A DNA stretch of 61,593 nt, counting the filler, from Anaerolineae bacterium (GTDB lineage Bacteria; Chloroflexota; Anaerolineae; Epilineales; Epilineaceae): NCBI GenBank assembly GCA_029262755.1. It is 5 parts of 5 records of this genome, joined end to end, with 100 filler letters (N's around TTAATTAATTAA, not from the genome) between each part and the next. Parts side by side here need not be neighbours in the genome. Positions count along the whole stretch, not along the records: positions 20,507 to 47,543 come from JAJCYU010000147.1; 4 more parts are not named here. One strand, given 5' to 3'. Shown here in pieces: positions 30,521-40,209 of this stretch; position 1 is the first letter of the stretch; each line of letters starts with the position of its first letter. The notes below the pieces were generated by a model. The model did not search any database, was not told the DNA's origin, and worked only from the letters and a program-made list of their open reading frames with translations. A program made the position numbers and the translations under genes.

Positions 30521-32146
30521 TTAGCGCCACTGGAAGTAGGGGCTATCGATGATCAAGGCGATCGTCGATCGAACCTGCTTTTCGGGGATACCACCGTAGG
30601 GGGTATCGTCGCCGCCGCCATTCGTGAGGTAGTCCACGATGATGGCGCGGTCCTCGTCGAGCATCCCGCGTCCGAGCAGGCGTTCGATCCACCAGTCGGT
30701 CGCTTCGCCCGCGGTTGCGAAATCCGTTCGGGCGCCCTCGCCCTTCGTGGGATCCCAGTTGTTGATCAGCTGGCCGGTGATGCCGGCGTTGTTGCCGCTG
30801 GCGGCGCCGCACAGCGCGAGGCCGAGGTTCCAGCGCGTCAGCATGTTCGCCGAGGACGACCAAGCCTCCTTGACGTCGGGATACCCGTCCGGCGTCGACC
30901 AATAGAAGGGCAGGTGCCCCATGGCACGCAGACCGGAGGTGATGCGGCTGTAGATCTGGTTGGCCTGGCCACCTTGCAACGGGAAGCTCTCGCGCGGCAG
31001 TCCCGTGACACGTAGCTGGCGCGCGACGAGATCCATCGGCCGCGACAACCGACCGCCATAGGTCGCAAAGCTGTCCGCGAACTCGCGAGAGCCAAGCACG
31101 GTGCGCAACAGCTGCTTGATGTCGCCTTGCGTGTTGGTGAAGGCATCCGCGACGCGGTTGACGAGCTCCGGTGTCTCGGTGGCCGGATCGTCGGTGACGA
31201 AGCGGCGCACGAGCTTGGTGGCGATGTACTTCGCCGTGGCCGGGTGGTTCATGAGCAGGTCGATGACCATGTGGCCGTCTTGCTGCTTGAGCCCCGCCGG
31301 AATGTACTCTTCGAGCACGTTCTTGGCGCTCTGATCGTGGTCACGGTCGCGGTATTCGTAGCTGCCCCGCTGCGGGCTTCCGTCGGCACGGATCCACGTC
31401 CAGCCGGTGAAGCAGCGTGCGACCTCGAAGACATCGTTCTCGGTGTAGGGATAGCCGTCTACTGCCGCGCCGAGCGTATGCAGCTCCATGATCTCACGCG
31501 CGTAATTTTCGTTGGGGCGCACCCGGGTGCTGAGGTCGTTGTCCAGGTAGTTGAGCATCGCGGGGCTCTGTGCGGAGGCGGTGAGCAGATCACGGAAGTT
31601 GCCCAGCGCGTGCTTGCGGACCACGTCGCGATCGTCGATCGGCTTGAAGTAGCGCGCCTGACCGGTTGGGATCGCGATGTTGAAGTGATCGCTCCAGAAC
31701 TCGACCATCACCTCGAAGAGCAGCCGCGGGCTGAAGGCCATGCGGTAAACCGTGGCGAGGATCAGCTCCCGTGCCGGGGCGTTGGCGTTGTCACCGCCCT
31801 GAAGTGCGAGCAGCTGCGCCGCGGTATTCGACAACGTCGGGAGGGCGTCATGCAACGCATCCTCGACCTCACTGTTGTCGATCGACTCGTAGTCGAGTTG
31901 TTCCTCGATCCACTGCCGGGCCCCGACGCTGCGTATGTGCTCCAAATCGCCCGGACGTGGGCCGTACGCGGCGCGGTGTAGAAGCAGGGACTCAATGTCC
32001 GGCTCCGGCATGTCCGCGGCCGTACGCGCTGACCAACGCGCAGCGGGACGGGCGGCGACGGGGCCGAGATCGGCCAACTGCGTGGCGGATGCCGCGGCGG
32101 CTGCCACCCCGCCTAGCTGGATGAACTGACGCCTGGATCGGTCCAC
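30521..32146 (-). CDS. DUF1800 family protein with Tat signal
   Basis: GTG 32146 after AAAGGAG; SRRQFIQ; FWSDHFN, SPAMLNYLDN, PNENYAREIMELHTLG, ARCFTGW. Confidence 0.93.
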   Translation of the reverse strand: MDRSRRQFIQLGGVAAAAASATQLADLGPVAARPAARWSARTAADMPEPDIESLLLHRAAYGPRPGDLEHIRSVGARQWIEEQLDYESIDNSEVEDALHDALPTLSNTAAQLLALQGGDNANAPARELILATVYRMAFSPRLLFEVMVEFWSDHFNIAIPTGQARYFKPIDDRDVVRKHALGNFRDLLTASAQSPAMLNYLDNDLSTRVRPNENYAREIMELHTLGAAVDGYPYTENDVFEVARCFTGWTWIRADGSPQRGSYEYRDRDHDQSAKNVLEEYIPAGLKQQDGHMVIDLLMNHPATAKYIATKLVRRFVTDDPATETPELVNRVADAFTNTQGDIKQLLRTVLGSREFADSFATYGGRLSRPMDLVARQLRVTGLPRESFPLQGGQANQIYSRITSGLRAMGHLPFYWSTPDGYPDVKEAWSSSANMLTRWNLGLALCGAASGNNAGITGQLINNWDPTKGEGARTDFATAGEATDWWIERLLGRGMLDEDRAIIVDYLTNGGGDDTPYGGIPEKQVRSTIALIIDSPYFQWR

Positions 32147-32396
32147 GGCGCACTCCTTTGTGCTGGGGATTCCACGGGGGTTGAACGAACACGGGGTTCG
32201 GTCCCGTCCTTCCTTCCGCGCTCTCTGTGTACGCACAACGTCGCGCAGGGGAGGTGGGATAGAACCGCGAATGGGCGAAGAGGAACTGTGCTGTGCACTG
32301 GCCTCTAATGGAGAATATACAGGAAGTGCCCCGGAAAGTTACAGGCACCCGCCGATCCGATGACTGGTCCGGCGTGCTGGGGGTTACAAGGCGACG

Positions 32397-32427
32397 AAAA
32401 AACGACGTCCCTCGGGACGTCGTTTTT
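32397..32427. terminator. Bidirectional intrinsic terminator downstream of the sigma factor gene
   Basis: AAAAAACGACGTCC-CTCG-GGACGTCGTTTTT. Confidence 0.88.
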
Positions 32428-32439
32428 GCCTATAGGTTA

Positions 32440-32598
32440 GGGCTCGTCCGTTAACAAGGTCGCCAACCGAGGGCGTTTCTACGCCGCTGTGCTGGTTCGC
32501 TGAGACGAAGGAATAGCAGCGCTATTGCTGAGGAACAGCGGGCCGGCACAGCGGATGCAGCGACGGCCGAATTGGTGAGATTGTTGACGGACGAGCCC
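32440..32598. mobile_element. 159-bp MITE-like palindromic element, copy A
   Basis: 18-bp TIR GGGCTCGTCCGTTAACAA / TTGTTGACGGACGAGCCC, TTA on both flanks, internal arms complementary; near-identical copy at 46053. Confidence 0.85.
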
Positions 32599-32617
32599 TT
32601 AGGGAAACGGAGCAAAT

Positions 32618-33790
32618 CTATTGGAGGTAGTTCATCAGGCGCGCCCGGCGTTCCGGCTGGCGCAGCTTGTGCAGCGCCTCCTGCTCGATCTGTCGGATGC
32701 GCTCGCGTGTGAGGTTGAACTTGCGACCGACTTCCTTGAGCGTATGCGGCTGCCCGTTTTCAAGGCCGAAGCGCAGACGCAAGATCCTCGCCTCGCGCAT
32801 GGTCAGGCATTCGAGCATGTCGTCGATGTCGGTCTGGAGTAGTTGGAAGGCAGCCTCTTCGAGCGGGTCCGGCGACTGGTTGTCCTCGATGAAGTGGCCC
32901 AACTCGCTGTCCTGCTCCTCACCGACCGGCTTCTCCAAGGACAAGGAGCGCCGGGAAACGCGCAACATCTGCCGCACCTTCGCCTCCGGCACCTCCATTC
33001 GATCCGCGATCTCTTGCGGTGTCGGTCGGCGACCGAGATCCTGTTCCATGGCCTGCGCGATCGCGAAGAGCTTCCGAATACGGTCCGACATGTGCACGGG
33101 CACGCGAATCGTACGGCCTTGGTTGGCCAGCGCACGTGTAATCGCCTGCCGGATCCACCACGTGGCATAGGTCGAAAACTTGAAGCCGCGCGTGTGATCG
33201 AATTTATCGGCGGCCTTCATAAGCCCGACGTTGCCTTCTTGGATCAGATCGAGGAAGGGCACGCCCTGTCCGCGATACTTCTTGGCCATGCTGATCACAA
33301 GGCGGCTGTTAGCCTTCACGAGGTGGTTCCACGCGGCCTGCCCGTCGTGCCACTGACGGTCTAGGGTTCGGCGGCGCTTGGTGCCTGCCTTACCCTCGCT
33401 AATCTCGGTGTCGGCCATCTGGCCGCGTTCGATACGCAGCGCCAACGCTACCTCTTCTTCGCGCGTCAAGAGCGGGACGGAGCCCACCTCGCGGAAGTAG
33501 AGGCTGATGGTGTCGTCGCTGTCGATGCCTTCGAGATTGGCTGGGCGCGCGTAGACCAAATCGTCAATCGCGTCGCTGTCGCTGCCGAGCGCGGCATTCT
33601 CGCGGATCAACTCGATGTCTTCCGTCTCGAGCCGCGAAATCAACAACTCAGAGAGAACCGCATCATGTTCCGCCTCGGGGAGACGTTCGATGATGTCGGC
33701 GTCGGTGACGTATCCACGTTCCCGACCGAGCAACAAGAGATGTTTTATGGCGTCCGCGACGGCCACATCGACGTCCAGATCGAGGGTCAA
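32618..33790 (-). CDS. RNA polymerase sigma-70 factor, RpoD/SigA family
   Basis: TTG 33790 after AGGA; region 1.1 (GRERGYVT), 1.2 (SLYFREVGSVPLLT), 2 (DLIQEGN, FSTYATWWIRQAI), 4 (TRERIRQIE). May be a paralogue of the primary sigma. Confidence 0.95.
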   Translation of the reverse strand: MTLDLDVDVAVADAIKHLLLLGRERGYVTDADIIERLPEAEHDAVLSELLISRLETEDIELIRENAALGSDSDAIDDLVYARPANLEGIDSDDTISLYFREVGSVPLLTREEEVALALRIERGQMADTEISEGKAGTKRRRTLDRQWHDGQAAWNHLVKANSRLVISMAKKYRGQGVPFLDLIQEGNVGLMKAADKFDHTRGFKFSTYATWWIRQAITRALANQGRTIRVPVHMSDRIRKLFAIAQAMEQDLGRRPTPQEIADRMEVPEAKVRQMLRVSRRSLSLEKPVGEEQDSELGHFIEDNQSPDPLEEAAFQLLQTDIDDMLECLTMREARILRLRFGLENGQPHTLKEVGRKFNLTRERIRQIEQEALHKLRQPERRARLMNYLQ

Positions 33791-33980
33791 TTCCTCATCC
33801 TTTCGTCCGTGCCGGGATTCCGAACGATGCCAAAGGCACTCTATTGTCGGGGGCACGAGGAGGACTAGCGGACCGCAATGGAGATTCGCGCACATAGGGG
33901 GTTGGCGCGTCGCGGCCGGGACGAGTATAACACCCGGCCCATGCTCCGTCAAGGAACCTTTAAGGTTTGAAGGGACGCCC

Positions 33981-34592
33981 GTGATCGCCCAACTGAGCGG
34001 CCGCGTTGCCGCCGTAGCACCCGATGCCATCGTTCTCGACGTCTCGGGCGTCGGATATCGCGTACTCGTGCCCTCGACGGTGCTGGATCGCGTGATGGTA
34101 GACGACGAGCTGATCCTGCACACCCATCTCCATGTTCGCGAGAGCGAGCTCACGCTCTACGGGGCGCGCGACCCGCAGACGCTGTCCCTGTTCGTCGATC
34201 TGCTCTCGGTCAACGGCGTTGGGCCACGGGCTGCACTGTCCATGCTCTCGAGTTTCGACGCCGACAGCCTGGCCGACGCGATCGTGCACGAGGATATCGA
34301 CGCGCTCACACGGGTTAAGGGTATCGGGAAGAAGACGGCCCAGCGTGTGGTGCTCGATCTGCGCCCCAGGCTGGAGACCGCGCTCGGGGTTGCGCTGGAG
34401 GGCGCCGGCCGAGGCGGGAGCCCCGTGCTGGGGGCGACCGGTGACGAGCTGGACGCGATGGCGGCGCTGACCGCGCTGGGCTACACGCCGGCCGAGGCGC
34501 GGCGTGCTCTCTCCGTCGCCAGCATCGAGGCGGACGCCACCGTCGCTGAGCGTGTCACGGCCGCGTTGCGTGCGCTGGGGGGGGGCTCGTAG
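33981..34592 (+). CDS. ruvA: Holliday junction branch migration protein RuvA
   Basis: MIAQLSG, DVSGVGY, HLHVRE, LLSVNGVGPRAAL, VKGIGKKTAQR, ALTALGY. Confidence 0.95.
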   Translation: MIAQLSGRVAAVAPDAIVLDVSGVGYRVLVPSTVLDRVMVDDELILHTHLHVRESELTLYGARDPQTLSLFVDLLSVNGVGPRAALSMLSSFDADSLADAIVHEDIDALTRVKGIGKKTAQRVVLDLRPRLETALGVALEGAGRGGSPVLGATGDELDAMAALTALGYTPAEARRALSVASIEADATVAERVTAALRALGGGS

Positions 34593-34636
34593 CGGCCGAA
34601 GTAACGACCAGGCTGGAGGCGAGGCCATGGGCGGGC

Positions 34637-34642
34637 TATAAT
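34637..34642 (+). promoter_or_regulatory. -10 box upstream of ferredoxin
   Basis: Perfect TATAAT about 65 nt before the ATG, in GC-rich context. Confidence 0.5.
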
Positions 34643-34707
34643 GCCGGCGGATTCCCGGAGGCGGTTGGGCCACGCCGGGACAGACCGTCGCTCCCGAGAG
34701 GACGATC

Positions 34708-35013
34708 ATGACTTACACGATCACCGAACTGTGCACGCGCGAAGGCGACTGTGTCGAGGTTTGCCCCGTTGACTGCATCGTGCCTGGGCCCAAGGACAAC
34801 GCCGATTGGCCGTTGTTCTACATCGACCCTGACGTCTGCATTGACTGCGGTGCCTGCGTACCGGTTTGCCCGCCCGAGGCGATTTTCCCCGAGTTTGAGG
34901 TGCCGGACGAGCACGAGCACATGACGCAGATCAACGCGGATTACTTTACCGATGGGCCCGGCTACTTCGACTTCGACCTCGACGAGCAGCGCAATCCGGA
35001 ACGGGTTAGCTAG
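34708..35013 (+). CDS. Dicluster ferredoxin (7Fe, FdxA-like)
   Basis: C-x5-CVEVCPVDC and CIDCGACVPVCP motifs; GAGAGGA RBS. Confidence 0.93.
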   Translation: MTYTITELCTREGDCVEVCPVDCIVPGPKDNADWPLFYIDPDVCIDCGACVPVCPPEAIFPEFEVPDEHEHMTQINADYFTDGPGYFDFDLDEQRNPERVS

Positions 35014-35135
35014 GTTCGGCCCATTCGGCCGTTCCAACCGATCCGCAGAGGTCCGTTGCTTCCACTACGTAGTCACACCGATCCGGCAAGTCCGGATCGG
35101 TGTGATGGAACCGTATGTGGATACCGGATTCGCGT

Positions 35136-35882
35136 CTACGACGCCGCTTCGGCCGGAGCGGCGTCTTCGGCTGCCTGACGCGATTCCTGCGGCACGAAGC
35201 GATAGCCAAGGCCGCGTTCCGTCCGGATGTATACAGGGTCGCTCGGGTCGGTCTCAAGCTTCTGGCGCAGGCGCCATACGTAGAGCTTTACGTAGTCGGT
35301 CTGGCCTTCGTATTCAGGGCCCCACACCTGGCGCAAGATTTGCTCGACGGAAAGTACGCGGCCGGCGTTTTCCGCCAACGCGAACAAGAGTCGACGTTCC
35401 GTGGCGGTGAGGTTGAGCGCCTCGCCTTCGATCAGCACTTGGAGCCCCGCCGTTTCGAGGCGCAGGATCCCGTCGTCGTAGAGCAGATCCTCGCCGGATG
35501 GCGGCGCCATATGCACCCGCCGCAGCACCGCTTCGATCCGCGCCTCGAGTTCCTTGAGGCTGAAGGGCTTGGCTACGTAATCGTCCGCGCCCATGCGCAG
35601 GCCCATGATCTTGTCGGTCTCATTGGCTCGCGCCGTGAGCATGATGATCGGTACGCGCGAGGTCTCTCGCAGTCGGCGGCAGACCTCCCAGCCATCCATG
35701 CCGGGCATCATCACGTCCAACACGACCAGATCCGGTCGCAACTGCGAGAACCGCTCCAAACCGCTCGCACCGTCGAAGGCGGTGGATACGGCGTATCCCG
35801 CGCGCTCCAGAGACTTCGTGATGGCATCCAGTAGCTGCACGTTGTCGTCAATCAACAACAAACGCGTTTCGCTCTTCCACAT
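35136..35882 (-). CDS. OmpR-family response regulator (no adjacent kinase)
   Basis: LLIDD, DLVVLDVMMPGMDG, GADDYVAKPF, winged helix ending TERGLGYRF. Confidence 0.95.
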   Translation of the reverse strand: MWKSETRLLLIDDNVQLLDAITKSLERAGYAVSTAFDGASGLERFSQLRPDLVVLDVMMPGMDGWEVCRRLRETSRVPIIMLTARANETDKIMGLRMGADDYVAKPFSLKELEARIEAVLRRVHMAPPSGEDLLYDDGILRLETAGLQVLIEGEALNLTATERRLLFALAENAGRVLSVEQILRQVWGPEYEGQTDYVKLYVWRLRQKLETDPSDPVYIRTERGLGYRFVPQESRQAAEDAAPAEAAS

Positions 35883-35954
35883 AGACACAGGCTCCCTTGC
35901 TGTCCCTCGATGGAAGCGCGCTCCAGAGACACGGCCTCCCCGTTCGATTGTATC

Positions 35955-37214
35955 CTAGGCGATGGGCGCCTGCCAGGGCACGAAGTTGGTCCAGCTTTCC
36001 AGCAAGTACGGCTTCGCGTTTTGGAAGGCTCGGGCCTGTTCCTGGATGGCTTCTTCGACCTTCGTCCACGGCTGACCCTCCAGCTCGCGGAGCAACGTCG
36101 CCTTGCGCGCGTAATACAGGGGCAGCAAGGACAGCGCGACCTTGTCCGGATCACCTTCGCCGCGGTTGTACACCACCGCGAACTCCAAGACGATGCGGGC
36201 CCAGTCGTCGGCGGGAAAGTGCTCGATCTCGCCGGACGCAAGGTCCGCGATCACCGCCTGCTGGTCCGCGCTGAGGATCTGCGAGAGGTTGCGCCGATAG
36301 CGCTTCAGTCCCTTTTGGAAGCCGTCCCACAACGTCTGGCGCGTCGTCGGAACCGGTTCCGGGTCCAGATGCTTACGCGAGCCCCATTCCGGCACCGCTT
36401 GAACCTGCTCGATCTCAGGCCAGATGCGTCGGTAAAAGGTCATCATGCGGAACAACGTACCCACGATCTGGAGGAACTTGGGCTCGAAGCCTACTGTAGG
36501 GTCCTTGTAGTCGTGCGTCTTGGTTCCGAGGGGTGCCTGGTAGAGTCTCCAGCCGCTGTTGATCGCCTGGATCACCATCCACGGATGGATGCCGAACCGT
36601 GCGACATCGGTCTCCCAGACGTCCTTCGAGGTGAAGGTTCGCCAGGCCAAGGGGGCCATGGCTACTTCTCCGCCGAGTGGCTGGCGGATGTCCAACCCGT
36701 ACAACGTGCGCGTCAAGGGGTAGGCGATCATGTCATTGATCGTGACCTCGTGACGGTCGCGCGTGTACACGGGGCATACATAGTCGGCCTCGTTGGCCAG
36801 CACGGGACCGACGAGCCGTTCGATCCATGCCGGGGTAATGGAGCGCACGTCCGCATCGACGATCGCGCAGGCGCGAGCGTCGATCATCTCGGCCGCCTCC
36901 ATGATCGCGCGGATCGCGGTGCCCTTCCCGGTCAGGCCTTGGTACTCTGCGACGCCCAAGGTGATGTTGCCCGGCAACGCGACGGAGCGCGCAACGTCGA
37001 GGGTTTCGTCCGTCGAGCCACCATCAGCGATCAAGATATGGGCGCGCCGATCGGGAAAGTGCTTCACGAGCCCGGTCGAAAGAGCCGCGACGACGTTGCC
37101 GATGGTGCGGCTGTTCTTGTAGGTGGGCAGACCGATCAAGATGTCGGACTGACCGTTGGCCGATAGGCGACGCCTGGCATGGCGGTCCAGGGCGGAATCG
37201 AGAAAGCCGTTCAT
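35955..37214 (-). CDS. GT2 glycosyltransferase, glucosylglycerate-synthase-like
   Basis: ADGGSTDET, GKGTAI, VDADVRSITPAW, IRQPLGGE motifs; GGAGA RBS. Specificity is inferred. Confidence 0.8.
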   Translation of the reverse strand: MNGFLDSALDRHARRRLSANGQSDILIGLPTYKNSRTIGNVVAALSTGLVKHFPDRRAHILIADGGSTDETLDVARSVALPGNITLGVAEYQGLTGKGTAIRAIMEAAEMIDARACAIVDADVRSITPAWIERLVGPVLANEADYVCPVYTRDRHEVTINDMIAYPLTRTLYGLDIRQPLGGEVAMAPLAWRTFTSKDVWETDVARFGIHPWMVIQAINSGWRLYQAPLGTKTHDYKDPTVGFEPKFLQIVGTLFRMMTFYRRIWPEIEQVQAVPEWGSRKHLDPEPVPTTRQTLWDGFQKGLKRYRRNLSQILSADQQAVIADLASGEIEHFPADDWARIVLEFAVVYNRGEGDPDKVALSLLPLYYARKATLLRELEGQPWTKVEEAIQEQARAFQNAKPYLLESWTNFVPWQAPIA

Positions 37215-37259
37215 GGCGATGTCTCCAAGCAATTCATGAGGAGCACGTCTCTGCGGGCC

Positions 37260-38552
37260 TTAGCGCGCGGAGTCGAGCAGATCGATCGTGGTGGTCAGGG
37301 AAGTGCCGTCGACGGCCGTCGCGTTGGCGGCGGCCCATACGGAGCCGAGCCGCGCCAGGCCGGCGGGGCCGCGCGCGCTCTCCAAGCTACGGGTCAAGAA
37401 GTCGAGATATGCTTCGGTTGTATCACCGCGGGTCGGATCCAGTACGGCAAGCAAACCGCCGCGGCTGGCGGGGAGCATGCCGATGTCGAGCACCCAGCGG
37501 GTTGCTTCCGGAGCCGTCAGTGCTGCGATGAGGCCGATCGCGCGCTCCGTGGCGTCTTCGTCTCGCGGCCGGTCGATGAGCGCAAGCCCCCATCCGGTAG
37601 CCACCACCGGCATCGGACCCTCGCGGCCGGGAATGGCCGCCCAGGAGAACTCGGTGGACTCTGGGTCGGCATGCAGGAAGGATCCCGCCGAAACGATCGC
37701 CGCGGATGCCGTTCCGTCGCGCAGCGCGTCTAGTGGATCATTGGAAAAACGTAGGCGGCCGGCGGCGTTGGCGTCGGCGATCTCGGATAGCCACCTGCTC
37801 GCCGCATCCCGGTCGATGACGGGCAAGGCTGCGGCGTCTCCGCCCTGATCGACGTATAAGCTCAGGGCAACCGCAAGGGCGCCCGGGCCCGAAGCGTTGG
37901 GCAATGCGACCGTGCCGCTCTCGAGCAGGGAGTCCCATGTTCGGGTCGACGTGGTCTCGGTATCGACGGACTGCGCACGCGCCTGCACAAGATGCGGCAC
38001 GGCCAACGCGAGCGGCGCTGCCCACGCACCGCCATCGACAATCACGGCGGCGTCGGTGAAGGGCCAGCCCCCGATGCGTGCCGGAAGGGGGGCGATGATG
38101 CCGGATTCGCGGGCTTCGGCAACGGATTCCAGAGGCAGCGCCACAACATCGGGCAACGCGGCCGGCGCCGTGCGACTCATCGCAAGTAGCAAGGGCAGCA
38201 CGCCGTTCTCGCCGCGGCTCGGCCGCTGGGAGATGCGCAAGGCGAATGCCGGTGACTCGCCGAGCCACAACGCCGCCGATCCCGCCAGGCCACCCTGCTC
38301 ATCCGCTTCCAGCGCCTCGACGGTCCACAACGTGATCGAAACCGGAACGGGCGGAATCTCAGCGCCGGCGGCCGGTCCATCGGGTAGTTCCGGCACGGGC
38401 GCCGCCGTTGCGCCCTCCTGCGTGGCTTCAGCGGGTGGTGCCGCAGGGCCCTCATCGCCCCCACAGGCAATGGCCCAGGGCGTCAAGAGGGCCGCGGCGA
38501 GGCTCGCCGCGGCCATGCGTCGGGCCATTCGCCCGAAGTAGTGTGCGTTCAC
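37260..38552 (-). CDS. Lipoprotein, extracellular solute-binding-protein-like
   Basis: Lipobox-like WAIA-C, PDVVAL, TWDSLL, TGWGLAL; TATACT upstream. Start uncertain. Confidence 0.7.
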   Translation of the reverse strand: MNAHYFGRMARRMAAASLAAALLTPWAIACGGDEGPAAPPAEATQEGATAAPVPELPDGPAAGAEIPPVPVSITLWTVEALEADEQGGLAGSAALWLGESPAFALRISQRPSRGENGVLPLLLAMSRTAPAALPDVVALPLESVAEARESGIIAPLPARIGGWPFTDAAVIVDGGAWAAPLALAVPHLVQARAQSVDTETTSTRTWDSLLESGTVALPNASGPGALAVALSLYVDQGGDAAALPVIDRDAASRWLSEIADANAAGRLRFSNDPLDALRDGTASAAIVSAGSFLHADPESTEFSWAAIPGREGPMPVVATGWGLALIDRPRDEDATERAIGLIAALTAPEATRWVLDIGMLPASRGGLLAVLDPTRGDTTEAYLDFLTRSLESARGPAGLARLGSVWAAANATAVDGTSLTTTIDLLDSAR

Positions 38553-38748
38553 GATGCCGCAAGTATAGGGACGAGCAGGTGATTCCAGCAAATAAGTTGA
38601 CATAAGAGGAATTGAGCTACTCGGCCCGCTCGCCCAAAAGGGGCCGCGCATGTGTTGCGGCGCTGCCCTCTAGCAGACCGGGCGCCGTCCCGCCTCTATC
38701 TGGAGATCGAACCCAGAACCGGCGATCCGGATCCTTCGGATGAGCCTG

Positions 38749-40209
38749 CTACTGCGTCTCCGAACGGCTATCCATCATCATGCGCGCCGCCCGCCTGCCG
38801 ATCTCCACGGCGAAGTTCGTACCACGGTCCCATGGGTAAACCTGGCTCATGGAGGCCCAATAGAGACCGGGTATTGGAGTGTCGAGGGACGGGACGTGCT
38901 GTGAGAAACCGAGGGGTACCACCGGCTGGGCGTAGGGTGTGCGGAACACCCAATGCGCGCGGACCCACGAAGGATCGAAGTCCGGTTGGATGCGGGAGAG
39001 CGCCGGAAGCCACTGGTCCAGGATCGATTGCTCATCCCCGGTGATGAAGGGATGGTCCGGTGGTAGGTAGTCGCCGACATAGATCAGGTGGTCGTCGCCG
39101 TAATGCGCGCCGTCGATCAAATTCGTGTGCTCGACCACGGCCAGGAAGGGGAAGTCCCGTTTGTCCATGTTGAGCCAGTACGTGCCTTCCGGCATCAACG
39201 AACGGCGCAGTGCAAGGACCAACACCACGGCCCCCATGGAGTCGAGCTCGCGCAGCGTTTCGAGATACTCGTTGGGTAAGCCGGGCGCCAAGCGGGCGAG
39301 CAGGCTCGGACCTGTCGTGACAAGGACGGAGTCGTAGTCGGTTCCTTCCAGGCCGGAGTCGGTGTGATTGCCGTCTTCGGCGGTGGGTTCATCGTCTGCA
39401 GTAGCGCGGTCCGACGATTCCGACCCCGTGCCGGCTCGGGTCTTCGTGTGATCGATCGTACGCACGCGCAGACGCGTTCGGTCCAACGAAGACTCGGCCG
39501 AATCGCCGTCCGAGGCGGCGGCCGGCGCCGCACCATCCGTAATCACCCGCACGTCTTCCACCGCAACGCCGAGGCGTATGGTTCCGCCGCGTTGCCGCAC
39601 GCCGTCGGCAAAGGCGTCGGCGAGCGCCTGAAAGCCGCCGTCGGGGTATCCGAGGCGGAAGGTGCGTGCGTGAAGTCTGGCCCACAGCCAGCTCATCGGG
39701 ACCTCGCGGTACAGATCTTCTCCAAACTTACCGATGAGCAGGGGCTCCCACACGGCGACGTAGGCCGGTACGCCCATCCATCGGCGCAGCCAATCGTGTG
39801 CCGTGACGCGCTCAAGAGCGCGCCAGTTGCGGGTGATCTTGAGCCAGGCCCCCGCCGCGCCCATCCGAACGCGGTCGAGAAACGGCATAGCCGGAAAGCG
39901 GAGTATCTCGATCGGCCCATCGAGCGGCCATGCCCTGCCTTGCCACCAGGAGGCGGAAACCGGGCGCAAGGAGCGGATCGTGTCGCGGACGCCGATCTCT
40001 TCGGCCAACCCGAGCATGGCGTCATCGCTCAGGAACATGTGATGGTAGAAGTGCTCCAGCCGCCAGTCCCAGCCTTCGTCGCGGAATCCTGCAGCCAGGC
40101 CGCCGACGCGGTCCTGCGGATCGAGCACCGTGACCTCGTGGCCCGCGCCGGCAAGGTCCCATGCGGCCGCGAGGCCTGCGAATCCTGCACCCACGATGGC
40201 GATCTTCAT
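38749..40209 (-). CDS. FAD-dependent oxidoreductase (amine oxidase/protoporphyrinogen oxidase-like)
   Basis: IAIVGAGFAGLAAA, VGGLA, EHFYHH, YPWDRGTNFAV; about 60-aa acidic insert. Confidence 0.9.
   Translation of the reverse strand: MKIAIVGAGFAGLAAAWDLAGAGHEVTVLDPQDRVGGLAAGFRDEGWDWRLEHFYHHMFLSDDAMLGLAEEIGVRDTIRSLRPVSASWWQGRAWPLDGPIEILRFPAMPFLDRVRMGAAGAWLKITRNWRALERVTAHDWLRRWMGVPAYVAVWEPLLIGKFGEDLYREVPMSWLWARLHARTFRLGYPDGGFQALADAFADGVRQRGGTIRLGVAVEDVRVITDGAAPAAASDGDSAESSLDRTRLRVRTIDHTKTRAGTGSESSDRATADDEPTAEDGNHTDSGLEGTDYDSVLVTTGPSLLARLAPGLPNEYLETLRELDSMGAVVLVLALRRSLMPEGTYWLNMDKRDFPFLAVVEHTNLIDGAHYGDDHLIYVGDYLPPDHPFITGDEQSILDQWLPALSRIQPDFDPSWVRAHWVFRTPYAQPVVPLGFSQHVPSLDTPIPGLYWASMSQVYPWDRGTNFAVEIGRRAARMMMDSRSETQ

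Noticed and set aside
33615..34153. Overlapping N-terminal extensions of the sigma factor and RuvA in the ORF track
   Set aside because: Motifs and RBS place the starts at 33790 (-) and 33981 (+), giving an ordinary divergent arrangement.
33981..35882. ruvA without ruvB/ruvC, and an orphan response regulator
   Set aside because: Dispersed arrangements like these are common and not informative.
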